Source of the DNA: Thermoanaerobaculia bacterium
GTDB lineage: Bacteria; Acidobacteriota; Thermoanaerobaculia; UBA5066
Length of the DNA: 64,000 bases
NCBI GenBank assembly: GCA_963816185.1
Contig: CAWFJJ010000005.1
Span: 128,001-192,000 of the forward strand
Direction: 5' to 3'
Shown: piece after piece, positions 50,502-59,154 of the stretch
Layout of the letters: every line of letters begins with the position of its first letter
How positions within the stretch are numbered: position 1 is the first letter of the stretch
The notes under the pieces: model-generated
What the model saw: only the letters and a program-made list of their open reading frames with translations
What the model was told of the DNA's origin: nothing
The model's database searches: none
Position numbers and translations under genes: made by a program

Positions 50502-50738
50502 CTAGACCTTGTCCGGCGGAAGCGTGATGTAGCTCCCGCCAAAGTACGAATAGATGCAACGACCCGAGTCCATCAGCTGGCGGATCGCCTTCTTGCAGAC
50601 ATCCTTGGAGCACTCTTCGCCGTACTTCTCGATCATGGCCTTGGTGAGATCCGTGGCCTTCTGGCTTTTCTTGCCATGTGTCTCTTTGACCACTTGAAAC
50701 ATCGCGTCGGCGACCTGCTCGATACTCACGGGACTCAT
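50502..50738 (-). CDS. dsrD: DsrD (winged-helix protein)
   Basis: 78 aa, Lys-rich, KKAIRQLMDSG..IYSYFGGSYI; directly after dsrB with a GAGGAGG RBS. Confidence 0.85.
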   Translation of the reverse strand: MSPVSIEQVADAMFQVVKETHGKKSQKATDLTKAMIEKYGEECSKDVCKKAIRQLMDSGRCIYSYFGGSYITLPPDKV

Positions 50739-50757
50739 GGCACCCTCCTCTTGACGC

Positions 50758-51843
50758 TCACGCCTGCCGCATGTGGACGGAGCGTTTGAACGTCTCGCCG
50801 GCGTGCTTGAAGTCGTCGATGTGGTACTTGGTGAATTCGATGCCGGTGAGCTCGAAGAACTTCGGCCAGCCGATCCGGTCGATCCACTCTCCAACCCGCT
50901 CGAACTTGCGCGCGTTGGCGCCGTACACTTTGACGATATTCGAGACGGCGCTCACGACCTCGGGCCACCGCGGCGGGTTGTTGGGCAGGAAGGGGATCGC
51001 GAGCTTGGAGAACCGGGGCTCGGAGCGGGCGTTGGAGACCTTGCCGCCCACCCAGATCGAAATGCCGTCGTTCTCGGCATTCGCGATCTTCAGCGCGGGA
51101 CACACCGTGAAGCAGTTGCCGCAGTACATGCACTGCTCCTCGATGATCTCGACGGATTGGACGCCGTCCACCATGGCCGGCCGGACCGCGCCGGTCGGGC
51201 AGGACGAGACCACGCTGGGGATCTCGCACATCTTCGGGAGGTCCTTGTGGCTGATCTTCGGGGGCTTGCGGTGGATGCCCAGAATGGCGATGTCCGAGCA
51301 GTGGACCGCGCCGCACATGTTGAGGCAGCACGCGAACGCGATGCGGACCCGCGCCGGCATGTCGATGTTGACGAAGTGCGGGTACAGGTCGTCCATGACG
51401 GACTTCACGACGCCGGACGCATCGGATGCCGCGGAGTGGCAGTGGACCCAACCCTGGGTGTGGACGCAGTTGGAGATCGACGCCCCGACACCGCCGACCG
51501 GATAGCCCTCTTTTGTCAGGGCCGCGATGAGCGGATCGATGTTGGCGGGATCCGTGGGGAGGAACTCCACGTTGTTCCGGCTCGTGAAGCGGAGGTGTCC
51601 GCCGGAGTACTCGTCCGCCAGCTTGGCGAACAGGCGGATCGTCTCGATGGACAGGAGGCGGGGCGAGGCGGCGCGGACCGTGTAGAGCTTGTCGCCGGAG
51701 GCGGCGACGTGCACCAGGACGCCCGGCTTGAGAATCTCGTGATACTTCCACTTCCCGTAGTTCTTCTTGACGACGGGAGGGAGGAACTTCTGGTAGTGGG
51801 GCGGGCCGATGTCGGTTTTTCTCGGATTGGCAGACATTCGCAT
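50758..51843 (-). CDS. dsrB: Dissimilatory sulfite reductase beta subunit
   Basis: [69 protein letters not shown]. Confidence 0.98.
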   Translation of the reverse strand: MRMSANPRKTDIGPPHYQKFLPPVVKKNYGKWKYHEILKPGVLVHVAASGDKLYTVRAASPRLLSIETIRLFAKLADEYSGGHLRFTSRNNVEFLPTDPANIDPLIAALTKEGYPVGGVGASISNCVHTQGWVHCHSAASDASGVVKSVMDDLYPHFVNIDMPARVRIAFACCLNMCGAVHCSDIAILGIHRKPPKISHKDLPKMCEIPSVVSSCPTGAVRPAMVDGVQSVEIIEEQCMYCGNCFTVCPALKIANAENDGISIWVGGKVSNARSEPRFSKLAIPFLPNNPPRWPEVVSAVSNIVKVYGANARKFERVGEWIDRIGWPKFFELTGIEFTKYHIDDFKHAGETFKRSVHMRQA

Positions 51844-51864
51844 GTTCTCCTTACGTTCCCGTCC

Positions 51865-53058
51865 TCAGGCCGTCTCTTCCACGGTGTCCTGGTAGAAGAT
51901 GTAGGGGTTCGATCGGGGCGCACTGATCATCTCGGGGGCGGGCTCGAGGCCGACCTGCTCCAGGAAGCTCGAGAGGCCGATCCTCTGGATGAACTCGCCG
52001 ACGCGTTCGCGGTTCTTGCCGTGCTCGGACCAGAGATCCCAGATCCGCGAGATGAGCTCTTTGATGTCGTCGTAAGGCGGCTCCATCTTGATGAATGGCA
52101 CGAGGACGCTGGCAAGCAGCGCGCCGCCCACGATGGGCGCCTTCGCCCCGATGAGAATCGCCGCGCCGCGGTCGTCGCCGGGGGCGAGCGCCTTCGGCAT
52201 CGCGTTGATGCAGTGCATGCACTTGACGCAGTTGCGGTTGTCGATGCCGAGCGCCGAGCCGTTCCAGGCCATGCAGCGGGTCGGGCAGCGGTCGCAGACG
52301 TCTTTCTGGATGTCCAGCTTGCCGCTCGCGGCATAAGCCTTGACCTGCTCGGCGTCGATCTTGATGTCGTCCCGCCAGACGCCGATGAACGACATGTCGG
52401 AGCGCGCCACCGAGGCGACGCAGTCATTGCCACAGCCGGCGAACTTCAGCTTGTACTTGTAGGGGAAGGCCGGCCGGTGCAGCTCGTCCTGGTACGTTTG
52501 CGTGAAGTCGTAGCAGGCGCCCATCGTGTCGTAGCAAGCCCATTCGCAGCGCGCCTGTCCCGCGCAGCACGAAGGCGTCCGCATGTCCGAGCCGGAACCG
52601 CCGAGGTCGAATCCTGCGGCGGTCAGCTCCGCGAAAACGGGCTCCAGCTCTGCGGTCTTGGCGCCCAGCAAAACGAGGTCTCCCGTCGAGCCGTGCATGT
52701 TGGTGAGGCCGGAGCCGTGCCGGTCCCAGATGTCCGCGATGGTTCGCAGCGCGTCGGAGGTATAGAACCATCCGGCTGGTTGATTGATGCGCATGGTGTG
52801 AAATTCGGCGCATTCCGGGAACTCGGCGGCGAGGTCCGAGTAGCGGCCGATGACGCCGCCCCCGTACCCCATCACGCCCACGAGGCCGCCGTGCTTCCAG
52901 TGGCCCACCTTCTCCTCGTACGAGCGCTCGAGCTGGCCGAGGAGATCCCCGACCATTGGCCTGTCGGCCTCTTTCTTGAGCTCTTTGACGAAGCTCGGCC
53001 ACGGGCCCTTCTCCAGCTCGTCCAAAAGCGGTGTTTCCTTCTTGCCCTTCTCAGTCAT
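51865..53058 (-). CDS. dsrA: Dissimilatory sulfite reductase alpha subunit
   Basis: [35 protein letters not shown], siroheme-[4Fe-4S] motif C-x5-C (CAGQARC) and [14 protein letters not shown]. Confidence 0.98.
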   Translation of the reverse strand: MTEKGKKETPLLDELEKGPWPSFVKELKKEADRPMVGDLLGQLERSYEEKVGHWKHGGLVGVMGYGGGVIGRYSDLAAEFPECAEFHTMRINQPAGWFYTSDALRTIADIWDRHGSGLTNMHGSTGDLVLLGAKTAELEPVFAELTAAGFDLGGSGSDMRTPSCCAGQARCEWACYDTMGACYDFTQTYQDELHRPAFPYKYKLKFAGCGNDCVASVARSDMSFIGVWRDDIKIDAEQVKAYAASGKLDIQKDVCDRCPTRCMAWNGSALGIDNRNCVKCMHCINAMPKALAPGDDRGAAILIGAKAPIVGGALLASVLVPFIKMEPPYDDIKELISRIWDLWSEHGKNRERVGEFIQRIGLSSFLEQVGLEPAPEMISAPRSNPYIFYQDTVEETA

Positions 53059-53147
53059 AGCGGCTCCTTTCGAGGCGGGCGATCTGGTTGTGCAACATTC
53101 GGCTCTGGGCTCCTTTCGAGTTCCATTGCCTTACCGCCACCCGACCG

Positions 53148-53173
53148 AGCAACCCTTGTGCCCGTATTCACAG
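53148..53173 (-). promoter_or_regulatory. sigma54 promoter of dsrA overlapped by a Rex-like operator
   Basis: Minus strand CTGTGAATACGGGCACAAGGGTTGCT contains GGCAC-N5-TTGCT (-24/-12) and the palindrome CTGTGAA-N4-GGCACAA. Confidence 0.7.
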
Positions 53174-53256
53174 CCTCCGGCTATCGCCGCAATCGACTTG
53201 ATTGCAGACTGTTAGCGAGGCTCGGCGAAATGACGCCGAAGATACGGATCGACATC

Positions 53257-53272
53257 GTTACTCGACCGTAAC
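53257..53272. promoter_or_regulatory. Candidate upstream activator site (GTTAC-N6-GTAAC)
   Basis: Perfect GTTAC-TCGACC-GTAAC about 100 bp upstream of the dsrA -24 box; variant GTAAC-GGAAAC-GTAAC at 53348-53363. Confidence 0.5.
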
Positions 53273-53371
53273 AGGATTCTGAGGGGACGACTTCGCCTCA
53301 GCGAACTCGGAAGTCGGCCGAAGCGGCGTTTCAGAGGACGCGCTTCCGTAACGGAAACGTAACGCGCCGGG

Positions 53372-54985
53372 CTAGTGGAATTCCCACTCGATAAAGCCCG
53401 GCTTGACGTCGGCCATCGCGTTGACGATCAGCTCCACGAGGCCGCCGTAGAGGATTCGGCTCCGCTCGAACGCGTCGTAAGCGCGGATCAAGTCCCGGAA
53501 CTGTCCCTTGCAGTTGGAGCAAGGCGTGCAAATGTACTTGGGGATCGAGGGATCGAGCTCGCCGGCGAAGGCGTCGAGGACCTGCTTCATCTTGATCCGG
53601 CCGGAGACCAGCATCCGCCAGTTCGCGAAGTTGTTTCCGGACATGATGGCGAAACCGGAGCCGCCCCCGCAGCAGTAGTTATCCACGCCGTGCGGATGCA
53701 TCTCTCGGAAGCGCGGCGCGATCTTGCGCAGGATCCGGCGGGGCGGCTCGATGATCCCCATCGCGCGCGCGATGTTGCAGGGGTCGTGGAGCGTGACGGG
53801 GAAGTCGTTGCGCGAGGGGTCGAACTTGAGAACGCCCGAATCCACGATCGACTCCAGGAACGGCGCGAAGCTCTCCCGCGGGACGTTGGCCTCGCCGAGG
53901 AGGATCCGGTCCGCAACCACCGACAGCGCCTTGTGCGCGTGGCCGCACTCGCCGATCACGATCTTCTTGACCTTGAGCTTCCTTGCCACCTCGGCGTGCC
54001 TCAGAGCGACGCGGGCGAACTGCACGTCGTCGTACCACAGGCCGTAGTTGATCGCGTCGTAGGCGACGAGCTCCGAGGACAGGGTCCAGGAGATTCCGGC
54101 CTTCTGCATGATCACCGCGAAGGCTCCCGGGTTCTCGGGCCACGCCATGATCTCGCCCGCGTTGTGCATGAGCAGGACGTCGGCGCCCACCTTGTCCCAC
54201 GGCGTCTCCACCTTGAAACCGACCTTTTCGCTCATCTCCTCGTCGATGAACTGGATGTTGTCCTTGACGACGGCGGGCGTCATGCCGGTGGAGGATCCGG
54301 CCTTGAGCTGCAGAACCGACCCGTCGGCATGGGCCTCCTTGGCCGCGATCCCCAGCTCCTGGCTGAAGAGCTTGCGCAGCTCGTGCGTGACGAGTCCGTT
54401 GTCGACGCCGATCGGACACGCCTGGCAGCAGCGGCGGCAGAGGGTGCAGCGATACGCAAGCTCGGCGAGGCGCGCGAAGGTGTTCCAGTTCAGCTCCGGC
54501 GCGCCCGCGAGCGCGGCCTTGATCGGGTTGCCGCCCGGGCCGTAACGTGCCACGAGCCCGCGGAGGACGTCGGCCCTGTAGGTCGGCCGGTAGACCTCGT
54601 TCCGGCCGCTCGTCTCGAAGATCGGACAGGCCTCCGCGCAGGTCTGGCAATGCGTACAGTGGTCGAGCGTGAGCGTGAGCTGCTGGAGGAAGCCCCAGTT
54701 GTCCTCACGGCTGAGAAGCTTGTGAAGTCCGGCCTTGAGGCCTATCAGGAGGCGTCTTTCCTCCGCCGGATCGGCCGGCCGTTTGAGCGCGAGGGCCGAG
54801 ACGCCGTCCAGCGAAGCGTCGACGTCCCGCCGCTTCTCGGCGGTCAGCTCCTTCCACAAGAGGGCCGGGTCGTCGTGGTCGTAGGGAGGCGGCAAGGGAA
54901 GGATCCGCTCGAGGTCGATTGGCGAGAGGGTGTCGGCGTTCTTGGCGATGTCCCGGACGTTCGGGGTCGTGGGCGCGCTGGCCAT
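53372..54985 (-). CDS. Second DsrK/HdrD-like Fe-S, CCG-domain protein (DsrK2)
   Basis: CTHCQTCAEACP, CTLCRRC..ACP, GECGHAHK, HDPCN, YCCGGGSG, CTPCSNC; start ATG 54985 just after the partner's stop. Confidence 0.88.
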   Translation of the reverse strand: MASAPTTPNVRDIAKNADTLSPIDLERILPLPPPYDHDDPALLWKELTAEKRRDVDASLDGVSALALKRPADPAEERRLLIGLKAGLHKLLSREDNWGFLQQLTLTLDHCTHCQTCAEACPIFETSGRNEVYRPTYRADVLRGLVARYGPGGNPIKAALAGAPELNWNTFARLAELAYRCTLCRRCCQACPIGVDNGLVTHELRKLFSQELGIAAKEAHADGSVLQLKAGSSTGMTPAVVKDNIQFIDEEMSEKVGFKVETPWDKVGADVLLMHNAGEIMAWPENPGAFAVIMQKAGISWTLSSELVAYDAINYGLWYDDVQFARVALRHAEVARKLKVKKIVIGECGHAHKALSVVADRILLGEANVPRESFAPFLESIVDSGVLKFDPSRNDFPVTLHDPCNIARAMGIIEPPRRILRKIAPRFREMHPHGVDNYCCGGGSGFAIMSGNNFANWRMLVSGRIKMKQVLDAFAGELDPSIPKYICTPCSNCKGQFRDLIRAYDAFERSRILYGGLVELIVNAMADVKPGFIEWEFH

Positions 54986-54986
54986 G

Positions 54987-55892
54987 TTAGGAATCACCCT
55001 TCTCGCCCACGATGTCGGCCCACGTTCTTCGGCCGTCTCCCTTGATGTGCGGCGCCGACCAGGAGACTGGCAAAGTCAGCAGCTGCTGCACTTTCTTGTC
55101 GTACTTCCCTGCCAGGTTCGGGGCGTCGTCCCAGCGCACCGAGTGCCACGTGAAGTACTTGGCGAAGAAGTGGGTCATGTGGCTCCACGGCAGGTAGGCG
55201 AGAAAGAGGCCGAGGAGCAGCACCTGAGCGGCAAACCAGGCCGGGAGCGCGGCGACGGGCCGCAGGGTCACGAGCCCTCGAACGAACTTCGCGGCCACGG
55301 CAAGGTCCGGGTCCGCCCACAAGAGGCTTCCCCACGAAGCCAGGAAGACCGCAAGGAGAAGTACGAGATGGAGAAAGTCCGCCGGCGTGGATGCCCGGCG
55401 CAAGCCACGATTGGCGTAGCGCCGCACGAGCAGACCCGCGCACCCAAGTGTGGCCAGTGTGAGCCCCGCCCCGCACCACAGCGCCAGCGCGCGGCCCCCG
55501 CCGAGGCGGGCGAGCACGGGGACGTCGCGCACGAACGGGATCGCTCCGAGAAACAGGGCGCTCCCGAGCGCGAACAGAAGATAGAGGCCGTAGTGGAAGA
55601 GCAACGAAGGAAGCCAAAGAGAGGGGTTGCGCTCTCTCACCTGCTTCAGGGTCAGCACTTCCTCGGCGATGGTCTTCACCTCGCCCAGCTTCGACACCTC
55701 GCGGGGCTTCGTCCACCAATCGACTTCCTCGAAGTACGATCCGCCATAGGCCGCTTTACCTTTTTCGTGCGCCACGGGGTAAAGCTCCCAGCGCAGATGC
55801 ATCGGCATGCGGGCGTAGTGGATGGCCTTGAACAGGCAGCCCCCAACGAACCCGATCAGGGCGAGGGAGCCCAGAATCTGGACCAATCCCAT
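54987..55892 (-). CDS. Second DsrM/NarI-like heme b membrane protein (DsrM2)
   Basis: Start ATG 55892 (GAGGAGG RBS); PMHLRWELYPVAHE, YGGSYFEE, FHYGLY, YLPWSHMTHFF. Confidence 0.88.
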   Translation of the reverse strand: MGLVQILGSLALIGFVGGCLFKAIHYARMPMHLRWELYPVAHEKGKAAYGGSYFEEVDWWTKPREVSKLGEVKTIAEEVLTLKQVRERNPSLWLPSLLFHYGLYLLFALGSALFLGAIPFVRDVPVLARLGGGRALALWCGAGLTLATLGCAGLLVRRYANRGLRRASTPADFLHLVLLLAVFLASWGSLLWADPDLAVAAKFVRGLVTLRPVAALPAWFAAQVLLLGLFLAYLPWSHMTHFFAKYFTWHSVRWDDAPNLAGKYDKKVQQLLTLPVSWSAPHIKGDGRRTWADIVGEKGDS

Positions 55893-56041
55893 CGGGAACC
55901 CTCCTCGTCGGGCGAGAGCCCGGCGCCCGGGCAGCATGACAGTTCCGTGCCATCGGGCTCCCCTCGAGACAAGTCCTTCTCCGGCCAGCCGAGCGCGTTC
56001 TCGCGGCGGTTCGGGCGGCGCGCACGTGGCCCATCTCACCC

Positions 56042-56074
56042 GTCACCACGCTGTAACCGTTCCCGAACGGTAAC
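56042..56074. promoter_or_regulatory. Tandem candidate upstream activator sites between divergent dsrM2 and aprB
   Basis: GTCAC-CACGCT-GTAAC (56042-56057) and GTTCC-CGAACG-GTAAC (56059-56074), each one mismatch from GTTAC-N6-GTAAC. Confidence 0.5.
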
Positions 56075-56214
56075 AAGCTCGCTCAGGAGCGGCAACTCGC
56101 TCGGATGCAGGCAATTGAGCGGCAGGATGCGAAGAGGCGCCACCTGCCGCAGGCTGCGCGCGCAACGGTACCTCCATGCACCGCTTCTCTTTGTCCCAGA
56201 GTGGTTTACCTACC

Positions 56215-56240
56215 TTGTGAAATCTGGCACATGCCTTGCT
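56215..56240 (+). promoter_or_regulatory. sigma54 promoter of aprBA overlapped by a Rex-like operator
   Basis: TTGTGAAATCTGGCACATGCCTTGCT contains the near-consensus TGGCAC-N5-TTGCT and TTGTGAA-N4-GGCACAT. Confidence 0.78.
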
Positions 56241-56389
56241 CCTGAAGGCGCCAAAGAGCGCGACATGCTCTTCCAGGATCTGATCGGGAGGTGATGCCAC
56301 GAGCTGACCGGAACCCTGACCATGGCCCTTGGCGGACAAAGAGACACCCGCCGACCCCCGAAACTCTCGAGGCCTCAAGGAGGAAATGA

Positions 56390-56827
56390 ATGCCTAGTTT
56401 TGTGAACCCGGAGAAATGCGACGGGTGCAAGGCGCTCGACAAGACCGCCTGTCAGTACATCTGTCCGAATGACCTCATGGTCCTCAACAAGGACATCATG
56501 AAGGCATACAACCAAGAACCGGAGATGTGCTGGGAGTGCTACAACTGCGTCAAGATCTGCCCGACCCAGGCGATCGACGTGCGCGGCTACGCGGACTTCG
56601 TCCCCATGGGCGCGTCGGTGGTTCCCATGCGCTCCACCGACAGCATCATGTGGACGGTGAAGTTCCGCAACGGCACCGTCAAGCGTTTCAAGTTCCCCAC
56701 CCGCACCACCCCAGAGGGCCAGGCTCAGCCTCAGGGCGGATTCAACACGGAGCCCTCGCTCGACGGAACCGTTCTGTTCACGGAACCCGCTTCGCTCGGC
56801 CTGCCCGCCGTGTGGGCGAAGGCCTGA
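56390..56827 (+). CDS. aprB: Adenylylsulfate reductase beta subunit
   Basis: MPSFV..EKCDGCK....ACQYICP, CWECYNCVKICP, VRGYADF, WTVKFRNG..KRFKFP.RTTPEG. Confidence 0.98.
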   Translation: MPSFVNPEKCDGCKALDKTACQYICPNDLMVLNKDIMKAYNQEPEMCWECYNCVKICPTQAIDVRGYADFVPMGASVVPMRSTDSIMWTVKFRNGTVKRFKFPTRTTPEGQAQPQGGFNTEPSLDGTVLFTEPASLGLPAVWAKA

Positions 56828-56837
56828 GGAGGCAGCC

Positions 56838-58745
56838 ATGGTCGAATTCAAAACCGTCCAGGTCGAAACCGACCTCCTCATTCTCGGTGGCGGAATGGCC
56901 GCTTGCGGCGCCGCCGTCGAGGCCGCGTTCTGGGCCAAGAAGCACGGACTCAAAGTGACCCTGGTGGACAAGGCGGCCGTAGACCGCTCCGGTGCCGTGG
57001 CCATGGGTCTCTCCGCCATCAATCAGTACGTCGGACTCAAGGATGGCCAGAACACCATCAAGGACTACGTGGACTACGTGCGCAACGACCTCATGGGCGT
57101 CACGCGTGAAGACCTCGTAGCCAACATCGCACGGCACGTCGACTCCTCCGTCCATCTCTTCGAGAAGTGGGGTCTGCCAATTTGGAAGGATGAGAAGGGC
57201 GCCTACGTCCACGAAGGCCGCTGGCAGCTCATGATCAACGGCGAGTCGTACAAGGTCATCGTGGCGGAGGCCGCCAAGAACGCGATCGGCAAGGAGAACA
57301 TCTACGAGCGCGTGTTCATCGTCGGCCCCATCATGGAGAACGGGCGCTGCGTCGGCGCGTACGGCTTCTCGGTGCGCGACAACACGTTCTACGTCTTCAA
57401 GGCGAAGGCCGTGCTCGCCGCCATGGGCGGCGCCGTCCACGTCTTCAAGCCGAGGTCTTCCGGCGAGGGTCAGGGCCGCGCTTGGTATCCGCCTTGGAAC
57501 GCCGGCGCCTCGGCCTACTTCACCCTCAAGGCCGGCGCCGAGATGACCTGCCAGGAAGTCCGCTTCATTCCGGTCCGCTTCAAGGACGCGTACGGCCCGG
57601 TGGGCGCCTGGTTCCTGCTCTTCAAGGCCCGCGCGACGAACGCGCTGGGCGAGAACTACATGGAGACGAACAAGCCCGAACTCGAGAACTGGGTGCCCTA
57701 CGGTCACGTCAAGCCGGTTCCCGCGAACCTGCGCAACTACCTGATGATGCTCGACGTGATGAAGGGCAAGGGCCCCATCTACATGCGGACCGAGGAGGCC
57801 ATTCAGAAGATCGCTGCCGGAGCCGGCGACGACAAGGCCGCGAAGAAGAAGCTCAAGGAGCTGGAGACCGAGGCATGGGAGGACTTCCTCGACATGACGA
57901 TCTCCCAGGCCATCCTTTGGGCCGCGACCAACGTGTCACCGCAGGACCAGCCGTCGGAGATCGCGGCCGCCGAGCCGTATTTCATCGGATCGCACTCGGG
58001 CGCCTCGGGCGCCTGGGTCAGCGGCCCCGAGGACCTCGCACCCAAGGAGTATTTCTGGGGTTACGAGAACATGTCCACCGTCAACGGCCTCTTCTGCGCC
58101 GGCGACGCCTCGGGCGCTTCCTCGCACAAGTTCTCTTCCGGCTCGCACGCGGAAGGGCGCATCGCGGCGAAGGCTGCCATTCGCTACATCACCAAGGAGA
58201 AAGTCTCTGCGCCTAAGCTGAGCGATGCGGACATCGACCGCCTGAAGGCGGAGGTCATCAAGCCGCTGCGCCAGTTCGAGGAGTTCAAGGGCGCGACCAC
58301 GCAGACGGACGTCAACCCCAATTACATCCTGCCGAACATGTTCCAGGCGAGGCTTCAGAAGCTCATGGACGAATACGCCGGCGGCGTGACGTCGCAGTTC
58401 ACCACCTCCGAGCAGCTGCTCAAGAGAGGGCTGGAGCTTCTGGCGTTTCTCAAGGAAGACGCGGCGAAGCTGGGTGCCCCCGACTTGCACGAGCTCATGC
58501 GGTGCTGGGAGAACGTTCACCGGATGTACCAGGCGGAGGCCCACGTCCGCTCGGTTCTCTTCCGCGAAGAGACCCGCTGGCCGGGCTACTACTTCCGCTC
58601 CGACAAGCCGAAGATCGACGAGAAGAACTGGCACGTGTTCGTGAACTGTCGCCTGAATCCGGCGACCGACTCGTGGGAGATGGCCAAACGGCCGATCGTC
58701 CACACTTTCGTCAAAGCCGCAGAGCGTGAGCTCCAGCCGGTCTGA
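56838..58745 (+). CDS. aprA: Adenylylsulfate reductase alpha subunit
   Basis: GGGMAACG, RSGAVAMGLSAINQY, GRWQLMINGESYK, RFKDAYGPVGAWFL, EAWEDFLDM, HKFSSGS, REETRWPGYY. Confidence 0.98.
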   Translation: MVEFKTVQVETDLLILGGGMAACGAAVEAAFWAKKHGLKVTLVDKAAVDRSGAVAMGLSAINQYVGLKDGQNTIKDYVDYVRNDLMGVTREDLVANIARHVDSSVHLFEKWGLPIWKDEKGAYVHEGRWQLMINGESYKVIVAEAAKNAIGKENIYERVFIVGPIMENGRCVGAYGFSVRDNTFYVFKAKAVLAAMGGAVHVFKPRSSGEGQGRAWYPPWNAGASAYFTLKAGAEMTCQEVRFIPVRFKDAYGPVGAWFLLFKARATNALGENYMETNKPELENWVPYGHVKPVPANLRNYLMMLDVMKGKGPIYMRTEEAIQKIAAGAGDDKAAKKKLKELETEAWEDFLDMTISQAILWAATNVSPQDQPSEIAAAEPYFIGSHSGASGAWVSGPEDLAPKEYFWGYENMSTVNGLFCAGDASGASSHKFSSGSHAEGRIAAKAAIRYITKEKVSAPKLSDADIDRLKAEVIKPLRQFEEFKGATTQTDVNPNYILPNMFQARLQKLMDEYAGGVTSQFTTSEQLLKRGLELLAFLKEDAAKLGAPDLHELMRCWENVHRMYQAEAHVRSVLFREETRWPGYYFRSDKPKIDEKNWHVFVNCRLNPATDSWEMAKRPIVHTFVKAAERELQPV

Positions 58746-58757
58746 CCTGTCTTTCAC

Positions 58758-58794
58758 GGCTCCGGGCGCTGACGCGCGCCCGGAGCCCCTTTTT
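58758..58794 (+). terminator. Intra-operon intrinsic terminator/attenuator after aprA
   Basis: 12-bp stem GGCTCCGGGCGC/GCGCCCGGAGCC followed by CCTTTTT. Confidence 0.7.
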
Positions 58795-58809
58795 CAGCGC
58801 GAGGTGAGC

Positions 58810-59154
58810 ATGTCGCCGACCAAAGCCGTTCTGTCCTGTCCCCACTGTGGCCAGCCATTGCTTCCCTTCAGTCTTCCGGACGAGGCCGCTTTCGAGGCGC
58901 CGTTCCAGCTTGCATGCTTCAACGACGACTGCCCGTACTACACGCGGGGCTGGACGTGGATGGAAGCGCAGTTCGGCGTCAAGTCCTCTTACCGTTGCCG
59001 TGTCGATCCCATAACCGGAAAAGCTTCGCCAATCCCGGTCTGGTCCAAGAGCGCGCTGCGCGATCGCATCCTCGAGGCTGACGTCGGTGTCGCTCCGTGT
59101 GGCGAGTCCGACGTGAACCCCGCTCAAATTCAAGAGACAAGGAACGAGCTATGA
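58810..59154 (+). CDS. Small Cys-rich (zinc-ribbon-like) hypothetical protein
   Basis: GAGG RBS, ATG 58810; CPHCG...CFNDDCPYY.RGW.WM...SYR.R.DP.TG. Confidence 0.75.
   Translation: MSPTKAVLSCPHCGQPLLPFSLPDEAAFEAPFQLACFNDDCPYYTRGWTWMEAQFGVKSSYRCRVDPITGKASPIPVWSKSALRDRILEADVGVAPCGESDVNPAQIQETRNEL

Noticed and set aside
55938-55952. sigma54 promoter for dsrM2 (TGGCACGGAACTGTC, minus strand)
   Set aside because: The -24 box is perfect but the -12 reads TC instead of the conserved GC; too weak to call.
56294-56389. 31-codon upstream ORF in frame with aprB, separated only by TGA (leader peptide or Sec read-through?)
   Set aside because: Its GGAGG is only 2 nt from the ATG, aprB has its own well-spaced AAGGAGG and a canonical N-terminus, and the peptide looks non-coding.
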